This document shows, piece after piece, positions 56,039 through 64,000 of a DNA stretch of 64,000 nucleotides. The position numbers and the translations under genes are program-made. Location of the stretch: positions 60,088 through 124,087 of the forward strand of contig JAYNIA010000003.1 of NCBI GenBank assembly GCA_038108555.1. The letters are read 5' to 3'. The notes below the pieces were generated by a model. It was not told the DNA's origin and searched no databases. It worked only from the letters and a program-made list of their open reading frames with translations. Position 1 is the stretch's first letter. Every line of letters begins with the position of its first letter. This stretch comes from Nitrospinota bacterium (GTDB lineage Bacteria; Nitrospinota; Nitrospinia; Nitrospinales; VA-1).

Positions 56039-57046
56039 ATGCCGGTTCCCGTTTTTCAAGCATTTAAAATAGGCTCATATATTTTCAGGCAAAAAATGAA
56101 AGGTAAAAAGCGTTATCCTTTAGTGATGATGCTGGAGCCTTTATTCCGTTGCAACCTGGAATGCATTGGGTGTGGAAAAATTCAAAAACCCAATGAAATT
56201 CTGAAACAAAATATGAGCCCCGAACAATGCTTTAAGGCAGCAAAAGAATGTGGGGCTCCTGTAGTTTCCATTGCCGGAGGCGAGCCTTTAATGCATCCGC
56301 AGATTGTGGAAATAGTCGAGGGTCTGATTGCTCAAAAAAGATTTATTTACCTGTGCACAAATGCCATTTTGTTAAAGGAGCATTTAGACCTGTTGCCCGT
56401 AAGCCCTTATCTCACCCTTTCCATCCATCTGGATGGTATGGAAGAAGACCATGACCGAGTGGTAGATCAGGAAGGTACATTTAAACTGGCTACAGAAGCG
56501 GTTCGGGAAGCCAAGAAAAGAGGTTTCCGAGTTACCAGTGCAACCACCTTTTTTGAGGATACTACGATAGAAAAAGCGGAAGAGTTTCTGGACTTCTTGA
56601 AACCTCTTGGGGTGGATGGAATTACGATGGCCTCTGCTTTCAGATACCCTGATGCTCCCGACCAGGACCATTTTTTTGGCAGAAGAAAAACGTTTGAATT
56701 TTTCGATAAGCTTCTGGAAAAAAACAAAAACGGTCGATGGGATATCAATCACTCCCCACTATACCTTGAGTTTTTAAGAGGAAAGAGGGATTACTCATGT
56801 ACCCCCTGGGGTAATCCAAACTACTCGGTGCTGGGTTGGCAAAAACCCTGCTATTTACTCGATGAAGGTTATGCGGAAACATTTAAGGAGTTGATGGAAA
56901 CTACGGAATGGGAAAACTACGGCCACGAAAATAATAAAAAGTGTGCGGACTGCACGGCCCATTGTGGATATGAACCCACCGCCGTAGATGAAGCAACCTC
57001 CACCATTCGAGGTATGTTCGACTCCGCCAAAATGGTATTTCAATAG
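56039..57046 (+). CDS. hpnH: adenosyl-hopene transferase (hopanoid side-chain radical SAM enzyme)
   Basis: N-terminus ...KIGSYIFRQKMKGKKRYPLVMMLEPLFRCNLECIGCGKIQ is the characteristic HpnH start, with a CxxxCxxC cluster. Confidence 0.85.
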   Translation: MPVPVFQAFKIGSYIFRQKMKGKKRYPLVMMLEPLFRCNLECIGCGKIQKPNEILKQNMSPEQCFKAAKECGAPVVSIAGGEPLMHPQIVEIVEGLIAQKRFIYLCTNAILLKEHLDLLPVSPYLTLSIHLDGMEEDHDRVVDQEGTFKLATEAVREAKKRGFRVTSATTFFEDTTIEKAEEFLDFLKPLGVDGITMASAFRYPDAPDQDHFFGRRKTFEFFDKLLEKNKNGRWDINHSPLYLEFLRGKRDYSCTPWGNPNYSVLGWQKPCYLLDEGYAETFKELMETTEWENYGHENNKKCADCTAHCGYEPTAVDEATSTIRGMFDSAKMVFQ

Positions 57047-57047
57047 G

Positions 57048-57512
57048 CTAGTTTTGGTCTAGAGACTCCGGCAGGACGGTTTCGGCGTTTGTTATTGCGT
57101 CTTTCAATTGTTCCGGGGTAATTCCTTCCGCCATTTTCAGGTTGGCCCCCTCCAGCAATGTGTTTTCCAGTTCGGCTTGCATTAAATCTGCCCGCACTAG
57201 ATTGGTATTTTTCAAATTGCTGTTTTTCAGATTGGCCCACCTTAGATTTGCTCCCCGTAAGTTTGCGCCTTCCAGGTTGGTATTTTCAAGATTGGCGTTT
57301 TTAAAATACGCACCGTAAAGATAGGCTCCTTCAAGATTGGCATCTTTCAGGTTGGCTCCAATTAAAACAGCCCCTCTCAATTTGCAGTTTTTTAAGTCTG
57401 CATATTTACCTTCGTTACCCTTCGAATCAAGCCATTTTTTATGGTCGGAAAGGATAATTTTTAGTTCGGCGGCTGAGATTGCTTCGGAAGAATCGGAAGT
57501 TTGATCGTTCAT
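57048..57512 (-). CDS. pentapeptide-repeat protein
   Basis: About 20 consecutive A(D/N)L..-type pentapeptides (ANLKDANLEGAYLYGAYFKNANLENTNLEGANLRGANLRWANLKNSNL...). Confidence 0.9.
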   Translation of the reverse strand: MNDQTSDSSEAISAAELKIILSDHKKWLDSKGNEGKYADLKNCKLRGAVLIGANLKDANLEGAYLYGAYFKNANLENTNLEGANLRGANLRWANLKNSNLKNTNLVRADLMQAELENTLLEGANLKMAEGITPEQLKDAITNAETVLPESLDQN

Positions 57513-57563
57513 CCGGGTATTGTACCTTCAAGACAATACCGGAAGCAAGCCTTCTGGATGGGA

Positions 57564-58409
57564 TTAGGAAGCTATGACCTGATCGTAAAGTTTTTTAAAT
57601 CTTTTATTATTGGGATCGACCTGCAACGCTTTTTCTAAAGATAATTTTGCAGATTTTTTATTTTTAGCTTTAAGGTGTGTTGTGGCGAGCTGATAGTAGG
57701 CTTCAAGGTAAAGCGGATTTACCTGGAGCGAGCTTTGAAAAGCCTGAACCGCTTTTTCAGTATTTCCCATGGTTTTGTAAAGAACACCCAGGTTGAATTG
57801 GGTGAGCATTCCATTGGTATTTAACTTCAGGGATTTTAATAGAGTGGTTTCGGCTTTTTCGAATTCCCCGGTGACCCGGTAACTGTCCCCCAGGTTATTC
57901 AAGAAGGTGGTATTCCCCGGTTCAAATGTAATTGCCTTTTTATAATATTCAATGGCTTTATCCAGTTTTTTTTCTGACTTATAAATATTTCCAATATTGT
58001 TTAAGGCTTTTCCATCATTGTCATCGTTTTTTAAACTGACTGCTTTTTCCCAATCCATCAAGGCCTGATCTTTGTTTCCAGAGGTGTAATGGACCATTCC
58101 CAGATTGATATAGGCCTGTGTATCCATGGGATCGAGAGAGATGGCTTTTTCAAAATTGACTTCTGCTTCATCATGACGACTCATTCCAAACAAAAGGAGT
58201 CCTTTTTTCCGATATATTTTTGAGTTTTCAGGATTGAACTTAATGGCCAAGTCGAATTCCTCAATCGCATTTTTAAAAAGGTTTAATTGAGCAAACTCCA
58301 GACCCAATTTGTAATGCGATTCAGATTCTTTAATATCAATTTTAGATTGACCGGATGAGCAAGCAGAGAAAAATGAAATGATTAAAGCGAAGAAAATAAA
58401 GTTTCTCAT
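57564..58409 (-). CDS. TPR-repeat lipoprotein
   Basis: Signal peptide with lipobox FSAC, and at least 6 TPR units. Confidence 0.8.
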   Translation of the reverse strand: MRNFIFFALIISFFSACSSGQSKIDIKESESHYKLGLEFAQLNLFKNAIEEFDLAIKFNPENSKIYRKKGLLLFGMSRHDEAEVNFEKAISLDPMDTQAYINLGMVHYTSGNKDQALMDWEKAVSLKNDDNDGKALNNIGNIYKSEKKLDKAIEYYKKAITFEPGNTTFLNNLGDSYRVTGEFEKAETTLLKSLKLNTNGMLTQFNLGVLYKTMGNTEKAVQAFQSSLQVNPLYLEAYYQLATTHLKAKNKKSAKLSLEKALQVDPNNKRFKKLYDQVIAS

Positions 58410-58441
58410 AGTTCAGATCCTTTGAACAATAAGTAGGGTAA

Positions 58442-58476
58442 GAAAAAAGGGGCCAACCATTCCTGGCTGGCCCCTG
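58442..58476 (-). terminator. strong intrinsic terminator after the secreted-paralog pair
   Basis: On the minus strand: AGGGGCCAGCC-aggaat-GGTTGGCCCCT (one mismatch), followed by TTTTTT. Confidence 0.75.
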
Positions 58477-58495
58477 GAAAAAACTAATGGTTTTA

Positions 58496-59176
58496 CTAGT
58501 TAATTCCACGTACAGGGCGAGCAACTTCTTGCCCTGATAGCTGGTTCTGACCTAAGGTGGAATTAATGGTAGTCAAGTTACCACCCAGGGTAGAGTCTTG
58601 GGCGTCACCAACAAATTCCATAGCAAAACCTGTTCCTGATGATTCAATGAAGACAATCCCCCAAATGCTGAGCTGCGCGAGATTGTCAAATTTATGCGTA
58701 CTTCCAACAGTGACGAAGCGGCTTGCAGCTGCAGCTTCAGCACGTTCGCTCAGTGCAGTTACACGAATGGCACCGAACTGTGCTGAATCAACCGTTGGAA
58801 TCAAATGAGTTCGAGAATCTGTAAACGAACTATTTGAAGTGTTGATTGTGGAGTGACTTTGATTCACTACAAATACCCGATGGGTTTCACCGGCATCAAC
58901 AGTAAAAATTGCTACACGACCCGCTGTATTGTTTACAGTAGTGGTCATGTCAATAACTTCCAGGGCTACACCAATTTGTGTCAATGCAGTATCCAGAGAA
59001 GGATGACTGACACCAATGAAGGTATAACTGTCATTGGGTACAGCCTGGGCATAGGGTGAATAAGCCAAACGAGAGCTGTGCCGGGTATCTGGCGCTGTCG
59101 TTTGTGCTTGCACTGATTGGGTGAACGCAATCATCCCAAAAAGCAAAAGCAACATTATTTTATTAAACTGTTTCAT
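58496..59176 (-). CDS. secreted protein of unknown family, paralog A (226 aa)
   Basis: Signal peptide ...FTQSVQA/QT. Shares SPY.Q....SYTFI.VSH.SL...QIGV and LS.WG.V..E...TGFAMEF.GD..DS with paralog B. Confidence 0.7.
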   Translation of the reverse strand: MKQFNKIMLLLLFGMIAFTQSVQAQTTAPDTRHSSRLAYSPYAQAVPNDSYTFIGVSHPSLDTALTQIGVALEVIDMTTTVNNTAGRVAIFTVDAGETHRVFVVNQSHSTINTSNSSFTDSRTHLIPTVDSAQFGAIRVTALSERAEAAAASRFVTVGSTHKFDNLAQLSIWGIVFIESSGTGFAMEFVGDAQDSTLGGNLTTINSTLGQNQLSGQEVARPVRGIN

Positions 59177-59229
59177 GGATCTATCTCCTAATTGGAATAT
59201 TCATTCATTAATGGAATTTTGAGTAAACA

Positions 59230-59859
59230 CTACGGTGCTGCCGGTCCAGATACACTTGCTGCCGCACCAACAAATACCGGAGCTGCTGCTGAATCGACCA
59301 TGTCGCCAATGAATTCCATGGCGAAACCGGTTGTGTTTTGCTCTACAACCACCGCACCCCAAAAAGACAACATAGTTGCATCACGGAAACCTGCACCGGT
59401 GGTACCTTGATCCAATCTTAATGTGGTTGAGCCTTGGTCACCAATAACCGTGGTGGGTGAAGTTGCAATGGGATCAATACGAATATGCCCATGCTCAAAG
59501 TTGGTGGTTCCTGTAATGAATTGTCCCGTCGGAATACTCGTTGGGTTAATAGTAGCGTGATTTGTTCTCGCAATGAATATTCTCTCGGTATTTCCAGATT
59601 CGATGGTAAAAGATACTGCTGTTCCAAAAGCAGATTGATCATTTGTAATTGCATTGATGGTTACACCTATTTGCGAGGCCATACCAGAAAGCGAGGTGTG
59701 ACTGACTGCAATAAATGTATATGAACCAGAATCTGACTGCCAGTAAGGAGAAACAATCCTGGAACTGTTTTCTACAGCAAAAGCGTTTCCTGCCAAGAGG
59801 GCAAGAAAAGCCAATATTGCGACCATATTTGGAACTCGCTTTATCAGCTTAGTTTTCAT
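59230..59859 (-). CDS. secreted protein of unknown family, paralog B (209 aa)
   Basis: Signal peptide ...LLAGNAFA/VE. Thr/Ser/Gly/Ala-rich with no Cys. Homologous to paralog A. Confidence 0.7.
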   Translation of the reverse strand: MKTKLIKRVPNMVAILAFLALLAGNAFAVENSSRIVSPYWQSDSGSYTFIAVSHTSLSGMASQIGVTINAITNDQSAFGTAVSFTIESGNTERIFIARTNHATINPTSIPTGQFITGTTNFEHGHIRIDPIATSPTTVIGDQGSTTLRLDQGTTGAGFRDATMLSFWGAVVVEQNTTGFAMEFIGDMVDSAAAPVFVGAAASVSGPAAP

Positions 59860-60259
59860 TATACTTCTCTCCTATATATATGCTTCAAAATGAAATTGAT
59901 ATCTAGTTTGGTTGAATCTGTGGAACATTATTTTTTCCAGGCACCTCCTTATTGTTATTAAGTTCAAATTTCTATATTGATCATGAGGTAGTCAAAAATG
60001 CTCTATCTCATTGAGTATTATAGCATATTGGCTTTTCCATGCTTTTTCGAAATTCCATTTTCAAGTCCTTTAAAAAGCTAAAAATAGCCATAACCCATTA
60101 AAAATAATAGGTTTTTTAGCTTCCCTACCCAAGGGGATCACGTGCTAAATTTGGAGCAATACTTTACATAGCTTGTATCGGACGCAGGCATGCAATTCTT
60201 TAGAATTATTTTCACAAAAATGGACAAAATTAGTCAGGCCTTTGAAACAACATAACCTA

Positions 60260-60288
60260 TTGAGAATGAAGACCTTATTTGCTATAAT
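60260..60288 (+). promoter_or_regulatory. sigma70-type promoter TTGAGA-N17-TATAAT upstream of the pilF-like operon
   Basis: TTGAGA at 60260-60265 and TATAAT at 60283-60288. The ATG at 60354 is preceded by GGGGAGG. Confidence 0.5.
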
Positions 60289-60353
60289 CCGGAAATGCTC
60301 ACGAAATTTTTATGCTTTTTACCTGAAAGATCGGTCCTTTTCGGGGAGGAATT

Positions 60354-61133
60354 ATGAGGTTCTTAATTTGGAAAGTGCCTGTAATCGTTCTACTGGTAAG
60401 TTTTCCGCTTTTTGGTTGTGCAACTTCGGGTGGTGTGGATTCCCTGGTAGAGAAGAAGGAGCTTGCCCAGAAGAAGTATAGAGAAGCGCTTCAGTTTGGA
60501 TCTTTGAACCAAAAAAGTAAAATGTTGAAGGCTCTAAATGAAGCTATTGAGCTTGACCCAAACGATGCCAATTTTCATTTTTATCTTGGGCAGTCCTATT
60601 TCGTAGAAGGAGATTTCGAAAGGGCGGAATCAGAATTTTTAAAAAGTATCCACTTAAACAATGGGTTAAGAGATGCCTATGAACAACTTGGGCAAATTAG
60701 CATGAGGAAAAAGGAATGGAAAAAGGCCATTGCAAATTTTAATAAAACCTTGTCCCTTCCCGGAACTCGTAATCCTTTACAAATATATAATTGGCTAGCT
60801 CTGAGTCATTATAATCTGGGTGAAAACGAACAGGCTGAAGTTGAATGGAAAAAGGCGCTTCAAATAAAAGAAAATGCTGCTATTCGTCTCAATCTAGGCC
60901 TGGCTTATATAGATAAATCCAAATTTGAATTAGCAAAAGATTCTCTGGAAATGGCAATCCAGCTCCAGCCCCGGTTTGCACAGGCGCATTTTGAGTTGGC
61001 CCAACTCTATATCCGGGAAAATAAAAAGGAAAAAGCCAAGGAACATTTTAAAAACACGATTCTATATTCTCCAAGGAGCGCATTCGCAATGCAGTCCAAG
61101 GAATATCTGGAAAAAATTGACCTGAGAAAATAG
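60354..61133 (+). CDS. TPR lipoprotein, PilF/PilW-like
   Basis: Lipobox LFGC and a TPR array. It lies directly upstream of a RodZ-like gene, as pilF does in Pseudomonas. Confidence 0.6.
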   Translation: MRFLIWKVPVIVLLVSFPLFGCATSGGVDSLVEKKELAQKKYREALQFGSLNQKSKMLKALNEAIELDPNDANFHFYLGQSYFVEGDFERAESEFLKSIHLNNGLRDAYEQLGQISMRKKEWKKAIANFNKTLSLPGTRNPLQIYNWLALSHYNLGENEQAEVEWKKALQIKENAAIRLNLGLAYIDKSKFELAKDSLEMAIQLQPRFAQAHFELAQLYIRENKKEKAKEHFKNTILYSPRSAFAMQSKEYLEKIDLRK

Positions 61134-61141
61134 TTAGGGCT

Positions 61142-62044
61142 ATGGTAGAAAATTTCGGATCCTATTTAAAACATGAAAGGGAATTACGGGGAGTTCCTTT
61201 GGAGGAGATATCCGGGGCTACCAAGATTCATATCCGATTCCTGCAGGCTTTAGAAGACAACCGGTTTGACGATTTACCGGGGGAAGTGTTTATCAAAGGC
61301 TATATCCGGTCTTATGCAGATACTATTGGTTCGGATGTGGAAGAAGTTTTGAATATTTATGAGGAATCCGTTGGAGTCAAGTCTCAAAAAAATGATACTC
61401 CTTCAGAATCTCAACCGAATGTATCCGCTAAAAAGTTCCTGGGTATGGCGTTGGGGGGACTTTTATTAATAGCCCTGGGTTTTGGAATCAAGTTTTTAAT
61501 TTTGGATGAAAATAATACAAAGCCGGAAAAAGTAAGTAAGCCGTCTATGCAACCCAGCTCAGCGGTTAAGAAAGAGATAGCTCCAAAAATAGAAGAAGAG
61601 CCTATTAAAGAAGTGATTGTAGAAAAGACTGTGCTTCCAACCGAGACAACTGTTAAAGAAGAAAAAGAAGTAGCGGCGGTTTCTGAAGAGGAAAAGAAAA
61701 CAGAATCTGTGGAACCGGAAACGGAAATTCAAAAGCAGGAAGCTAGCTCGACGCCAAAAGAAGAAGCAGGCTCAGAGGGCATAGAAAATCCTAAGCCCTT
61801 AAAGCTTACCATAAAAGTTGAAAACGATTCATGGTTCAATTTAACCATTGATGATTTCCGAGAGGAAGATTTTATATTGCAGGCAGGTGAAGTAAAAAGC
61901 TATTGGGGAAATGAAGTTTTTCGGTTAACCATTGGTAACAAAAATGGGACAGAAATAATTTTGAATGAAAAGAGCTTGGTTCTTCCGGAAGGAAAGGAAA
62001 ACGTCATAAAAGATTTTATTATTAACACTAAATTAATCGAGTGA
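61142..62044 (+). CDS. rodZ: RodZ-like cytoskeleton protein (HTH + TM + DUF4115)
   Basis: N-terminal HTH FGSYLKHERELRGVPLEEISGATKIHIRFLQALEDNRFDDLPGEVFIKGYIRSYA, a TM segment, a Glu/Lys/Pro-rich linker and a C-terminal DUF4115-like beta domain. Confidence 0.8.
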   Translation: MVENFGSYLKHERELRGVPLEEISGATKIHIRFLQALEDNRFDDLPGEVFIKGYIRSYADTIGSDVEEVLNIYEESVGVKSQKNDTPSESQPNVSAKKFLGMALGGLLLIALGFGIKFLILDENNTKPEKVSKPSMQPSSAVKKEIAPKIEEEPIKEVIVEKTVLPTETTVKEEKEVAAVSEEEKKTESVEPETEIQKQEASSTPKEEAGSEGIENPKPLKLTIKVENDSWFNLTIDDFREEDFILQAGEVKSYWGNEVFRLTIGNKNGTEIILNEKSLVLPEGKENVIKDFIINTKLIE

Positions 62045-62047
62045 GCC

Positions 62048-63121
62048 GTGGCAAAAATAGACGCATTTTTTAAATTGATGAATGATCAAGGTGCTTCTGA
62101 CCTGCATTTGGTTGCAGGTTCGCAGCCAATTTTACGTGTTCATGGAGATATGGAGAGGGTGAAATACAAGCCTCTCGATAATGATGAATTAAAAGCAATG
62201 CTTTATGAGATTGCCCCAGAAAACAAGATAAAAGTTTTTGAGGAAACGGGCGACGTTGACTTTGCATATGAAATTCCCGGATTGGCAAGATACCGTGCAA
62301 ATTATTTTCAACAGAAATGGGGAGTTGGCGCCGTATTCAGGGAAATTCCAAGTACTATTTTGACCGCAGAACAACTGAACCTACCCAGGGTTATTACAAA
62401 ATTGTCCATGCTCCACAAGGGGATGGTTTTAGTTACCGGTCCTACGGGTAGTGGTAAGTCCACAACCTTGGCGGCGATGATGGATTATGTAAATAGAAAC
62501 AAGAAAAGTCATATTATCACTGTTGAAGACCCGGTGGAGTTTGTTCATCAAAGTCAAAGTTGTATTGTGAATCACCGCGAGGTTGGGGTTCACACGCATG
62601 GGTTTAAATCTGCCTTAAAGGGAGCCCTTCGGGAAGACCCGGATATCATTCTGGTAGGTGAAATGCGTGATTTGGAAACCATCGAACTGGCTTTGGAAGC
62701 GGCTTCAACCGGTCACCTTGTTTTTGGAACTTTGCATACACAAAGTGCCGCAAAAACAATTGACCGTGTGATTGATGTTTTCCCTGCTCATCAGCAGGCG
62801 CAAATTAGAACCACTCTGTCGGAATCACTAAAAGGAGTCGTAGCCCAGAACCTGTTCAAGCGGATTGATAAAAAAGGTCGAATGGCGGTATTGGAAGTTT
62901 TAGTGGTAACACCTGCGGTTTCCAACTTGATTCGTGAGGGAAAGACATTCCAGATTCCTTCTGCAATACAAACGGGGAAAAAATTTGGAATGCAGTCTCT
63001 TGATGATGCAATTTTAGAAGCTTTAGAAGCTAAAAAGATCAGTGCGGAAGATGCTTATGATAAAGCAATAGTCAAAGAACGTTTTCTTCCATATTTGAAA
63101 ACACCTCCAGAATTTATTTGA
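62048..63121 (+). CDS. pilT: type IV pilus retraction ATPase PilT
   Basis: GASDLHL, Walker A GPTGSGKSTTLAAM, and LREDPDIILVGEMRDLETI...GHLVFGTLHT. GTG start. Confidence 0.9.
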   Translation: MAKIDAFFKLMNDQGASDLHLVAGSQPILRVHGDMERVKYKPLDNDELKAMLYEIAPENKIKVFEETGDVDFAYEIPGLARYRANYFQQKWGVGAVFREIPSTILTAEQLNLPRVITKLSMLHKGMVLVTGPTGSGKSTTLAAMMDYVNRNKKSHIITVEDPVEFVHQSQSCIVNHREVGVHTHGFKSALKGALREDPDIILVGEMRDLETIELALEAASTGHLVFGTLHTQSAAKTIDRVIDVFPAHQQAQIRTTLSESLKGVVAQNLFKRIDKKGRMAVLEVLVVTPAVSNLIREGKTFQIPSAIQTGKKFGMQSLDDAILEALEAKKISAEDAYDKAIVKERFLPYLKTPPEFI

Positions 63122-63128
63122 GCGAGCT

Positions 63129-64000
63129 ATGAGAAAAGCGGAAATAGATCATATTCTAACCACCATGCTGGAAGCTTTCGGAAACATTTCCGATTTAAAT
63201 ATCACGGTGGGAAAACCCTGCCAGGTGGAATCTTCGGGACAGTTGACAGGGGTTCCTATTGTTCCTCCGATAGAAAAGTTGACTCCCTTTCAGGCAGAAG
63301 TTTTTGCTTTGAATCTAATAAACTCTGACCGTCGATTGACAGAAATACTGATCCGCGAAGGTTCATGTGACTGTTCGTATTTTCTCGTGGGAAAGGCGCG
63401 CTTTCGAGTCAATATTTTTGCACAACGTGGGTATTATTCCGTGGTTTTGAGAAAGCTTGAAACACGAATTCCTTCGATTGAGGATTTAAAGCTTCCGCCC
63501 CAGTTTGCAAAGGCTGCTGAAGAAAAAAATGGATTGATTCTTGTAACAGGTGCAACGGGAAGTGGTAAATCGACAACTCTTGCAGCCTTGTTGAATAAAA
63601 TGAATGAAGAGAAATCCATGCACATCATTACCCTGGAAGACCCGGTGGAGTTTGTGCATCCGCATAAAAAAGCCACCTTTAACCAAAGGGAATTGGGAAG
63701 TGACTATGATGCATTTTCAAGCGGGTTGCGTGCGGCTCTAAGGCAAGCGCCGAAAGTCATTCTGGTGGGTGAAATGCGGGACCGGGAAACGGTGGAGATC
63801 GGTATGAGCGCTGCGGAAACCGGGCATCTGGTTATGAGTACTTTGCATACGGTTGATGCAGGTCAAACGATTAACAGGATTGTGGGTATGTTTTCCCAGG
63901 AAGAAGAGCAACAAATAAGAATTCGATTGGCAGATACGGTCCGTTGGATTATTTGTCAACGTCTCCTTCCAAAAGTCGGGGGTGGTCGTGTAGCGCTTTT
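63129..64000 (+). CDS. second PilT/PilU-family ATPase (3' end outside the window)
   Basis: Own translation from the ATG at 63129: MRKAEIDHILTTML...GATGSGKSTTLAALL...LRQAPKVILVGEMRDRETVE...GHLVMSTLHT. Absent from the track because no stop lies in the window. Confidence 0.85.
   Translation, partial: MRKAEIDHILTTMLEAFGNISDLNITVGKPCQVESSGQLTGVPIVPPIEKLTPFQAEVFALNLINSDRRLTEILIREGSCDCSYFLVGKARFRVNIFAQRGYYSVVLRKLETRIPSIEDLKLPPQFAKAAEEKNGLILVTGATGSGKSTTLAALLNKMNEEKSMHIITLEDPVEFVHPHKKATFNQRELGSDYDAFSSGLRAALRQAPKVILVGEMRDRETVEIGMSAAETGHLVMSTLHTVDAGQTINRIVGMFSQEEEQQIRIRLADTVRWIICQRLLPKVGGGRVAL

Noticed and set aside
60029-60043. TGGCTTTTCCATGCT as a sigma54 promoter in the 59.9-60.35 kb non-coding region
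   Set aside because: The GG-to-GC spacing is one nucleotide short of the invariant -24/-12 spacing. It also points away from the secreted-paralog genes.

Overview
This is a 64-kb origin-proximal chromosomal segment of an AT-rich, diderm-type bacterium. The diderm call rests on Lgt, lipoproteins, a hopanoid gene and type IV pilus genes. The lineage cannot be fixed from the sequence alone.

Gene orientation flips around dnaA. Almost everything left of about 32.5 kb is on the minus strand, and almost everything from 33 to 57 kb is on the plus strand.

Left part (0-14 kb): an orphan FlgG-like rod protein, a GNAT, a nitrobindin-like protein, a DUF484 protein and argH with an overlapping mini-lipoprotein. 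Next comes a ParA/MinD-like ATPase, a bactofilin-domain protein and an L,D-transpeptidase, the last two sharing an N-terminal domain. Then rsmI, a second bactofilin directly after parA-parB, two perfect parS sites, rsmG and etfB/etfA.

Middle (14.06-32.53 kb): an 18.5-kb HK97-type head-tail cluster. It carries a LexA/CI-type repressor, a sigma region-4-like protein and a receiver-only gene. I can recognise no integrase, replication or endolysin gene in it. It abuts dnaA and is either GTA-like or a defective prophage.

Right part (33-64 kb):
- dnaA-gyrB-gyrA, with no dnaN or recF.
- serS followed by three tRNA-Ser genes and a tRNA-Arg with a GCG anticodon.
- SRP RNA-dnaX-ybaB-recR, tRNA-Asn, hemB and lgt.
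- A wHTH-GHKL-STAS-like regulator behind 22-bp-phased repeats, plus a secreted SNase.
- An orphan sigma54 response regulator, followed by direct repeats, a candidate -24/-12 promoter, a small membrane protein and three tandem stand-alone cNMP-binding proteins.
- A U32 peptidase, hpnH, a pentapeptide-repeat protein and TPR lipoproteins.
- Two paralogous secreted proteins of unknown family.
- pilF-rodZ-pilT-pilT/U.

All calls rest on reading the ORF translations and the DNA by eye. No database search or computation was run.
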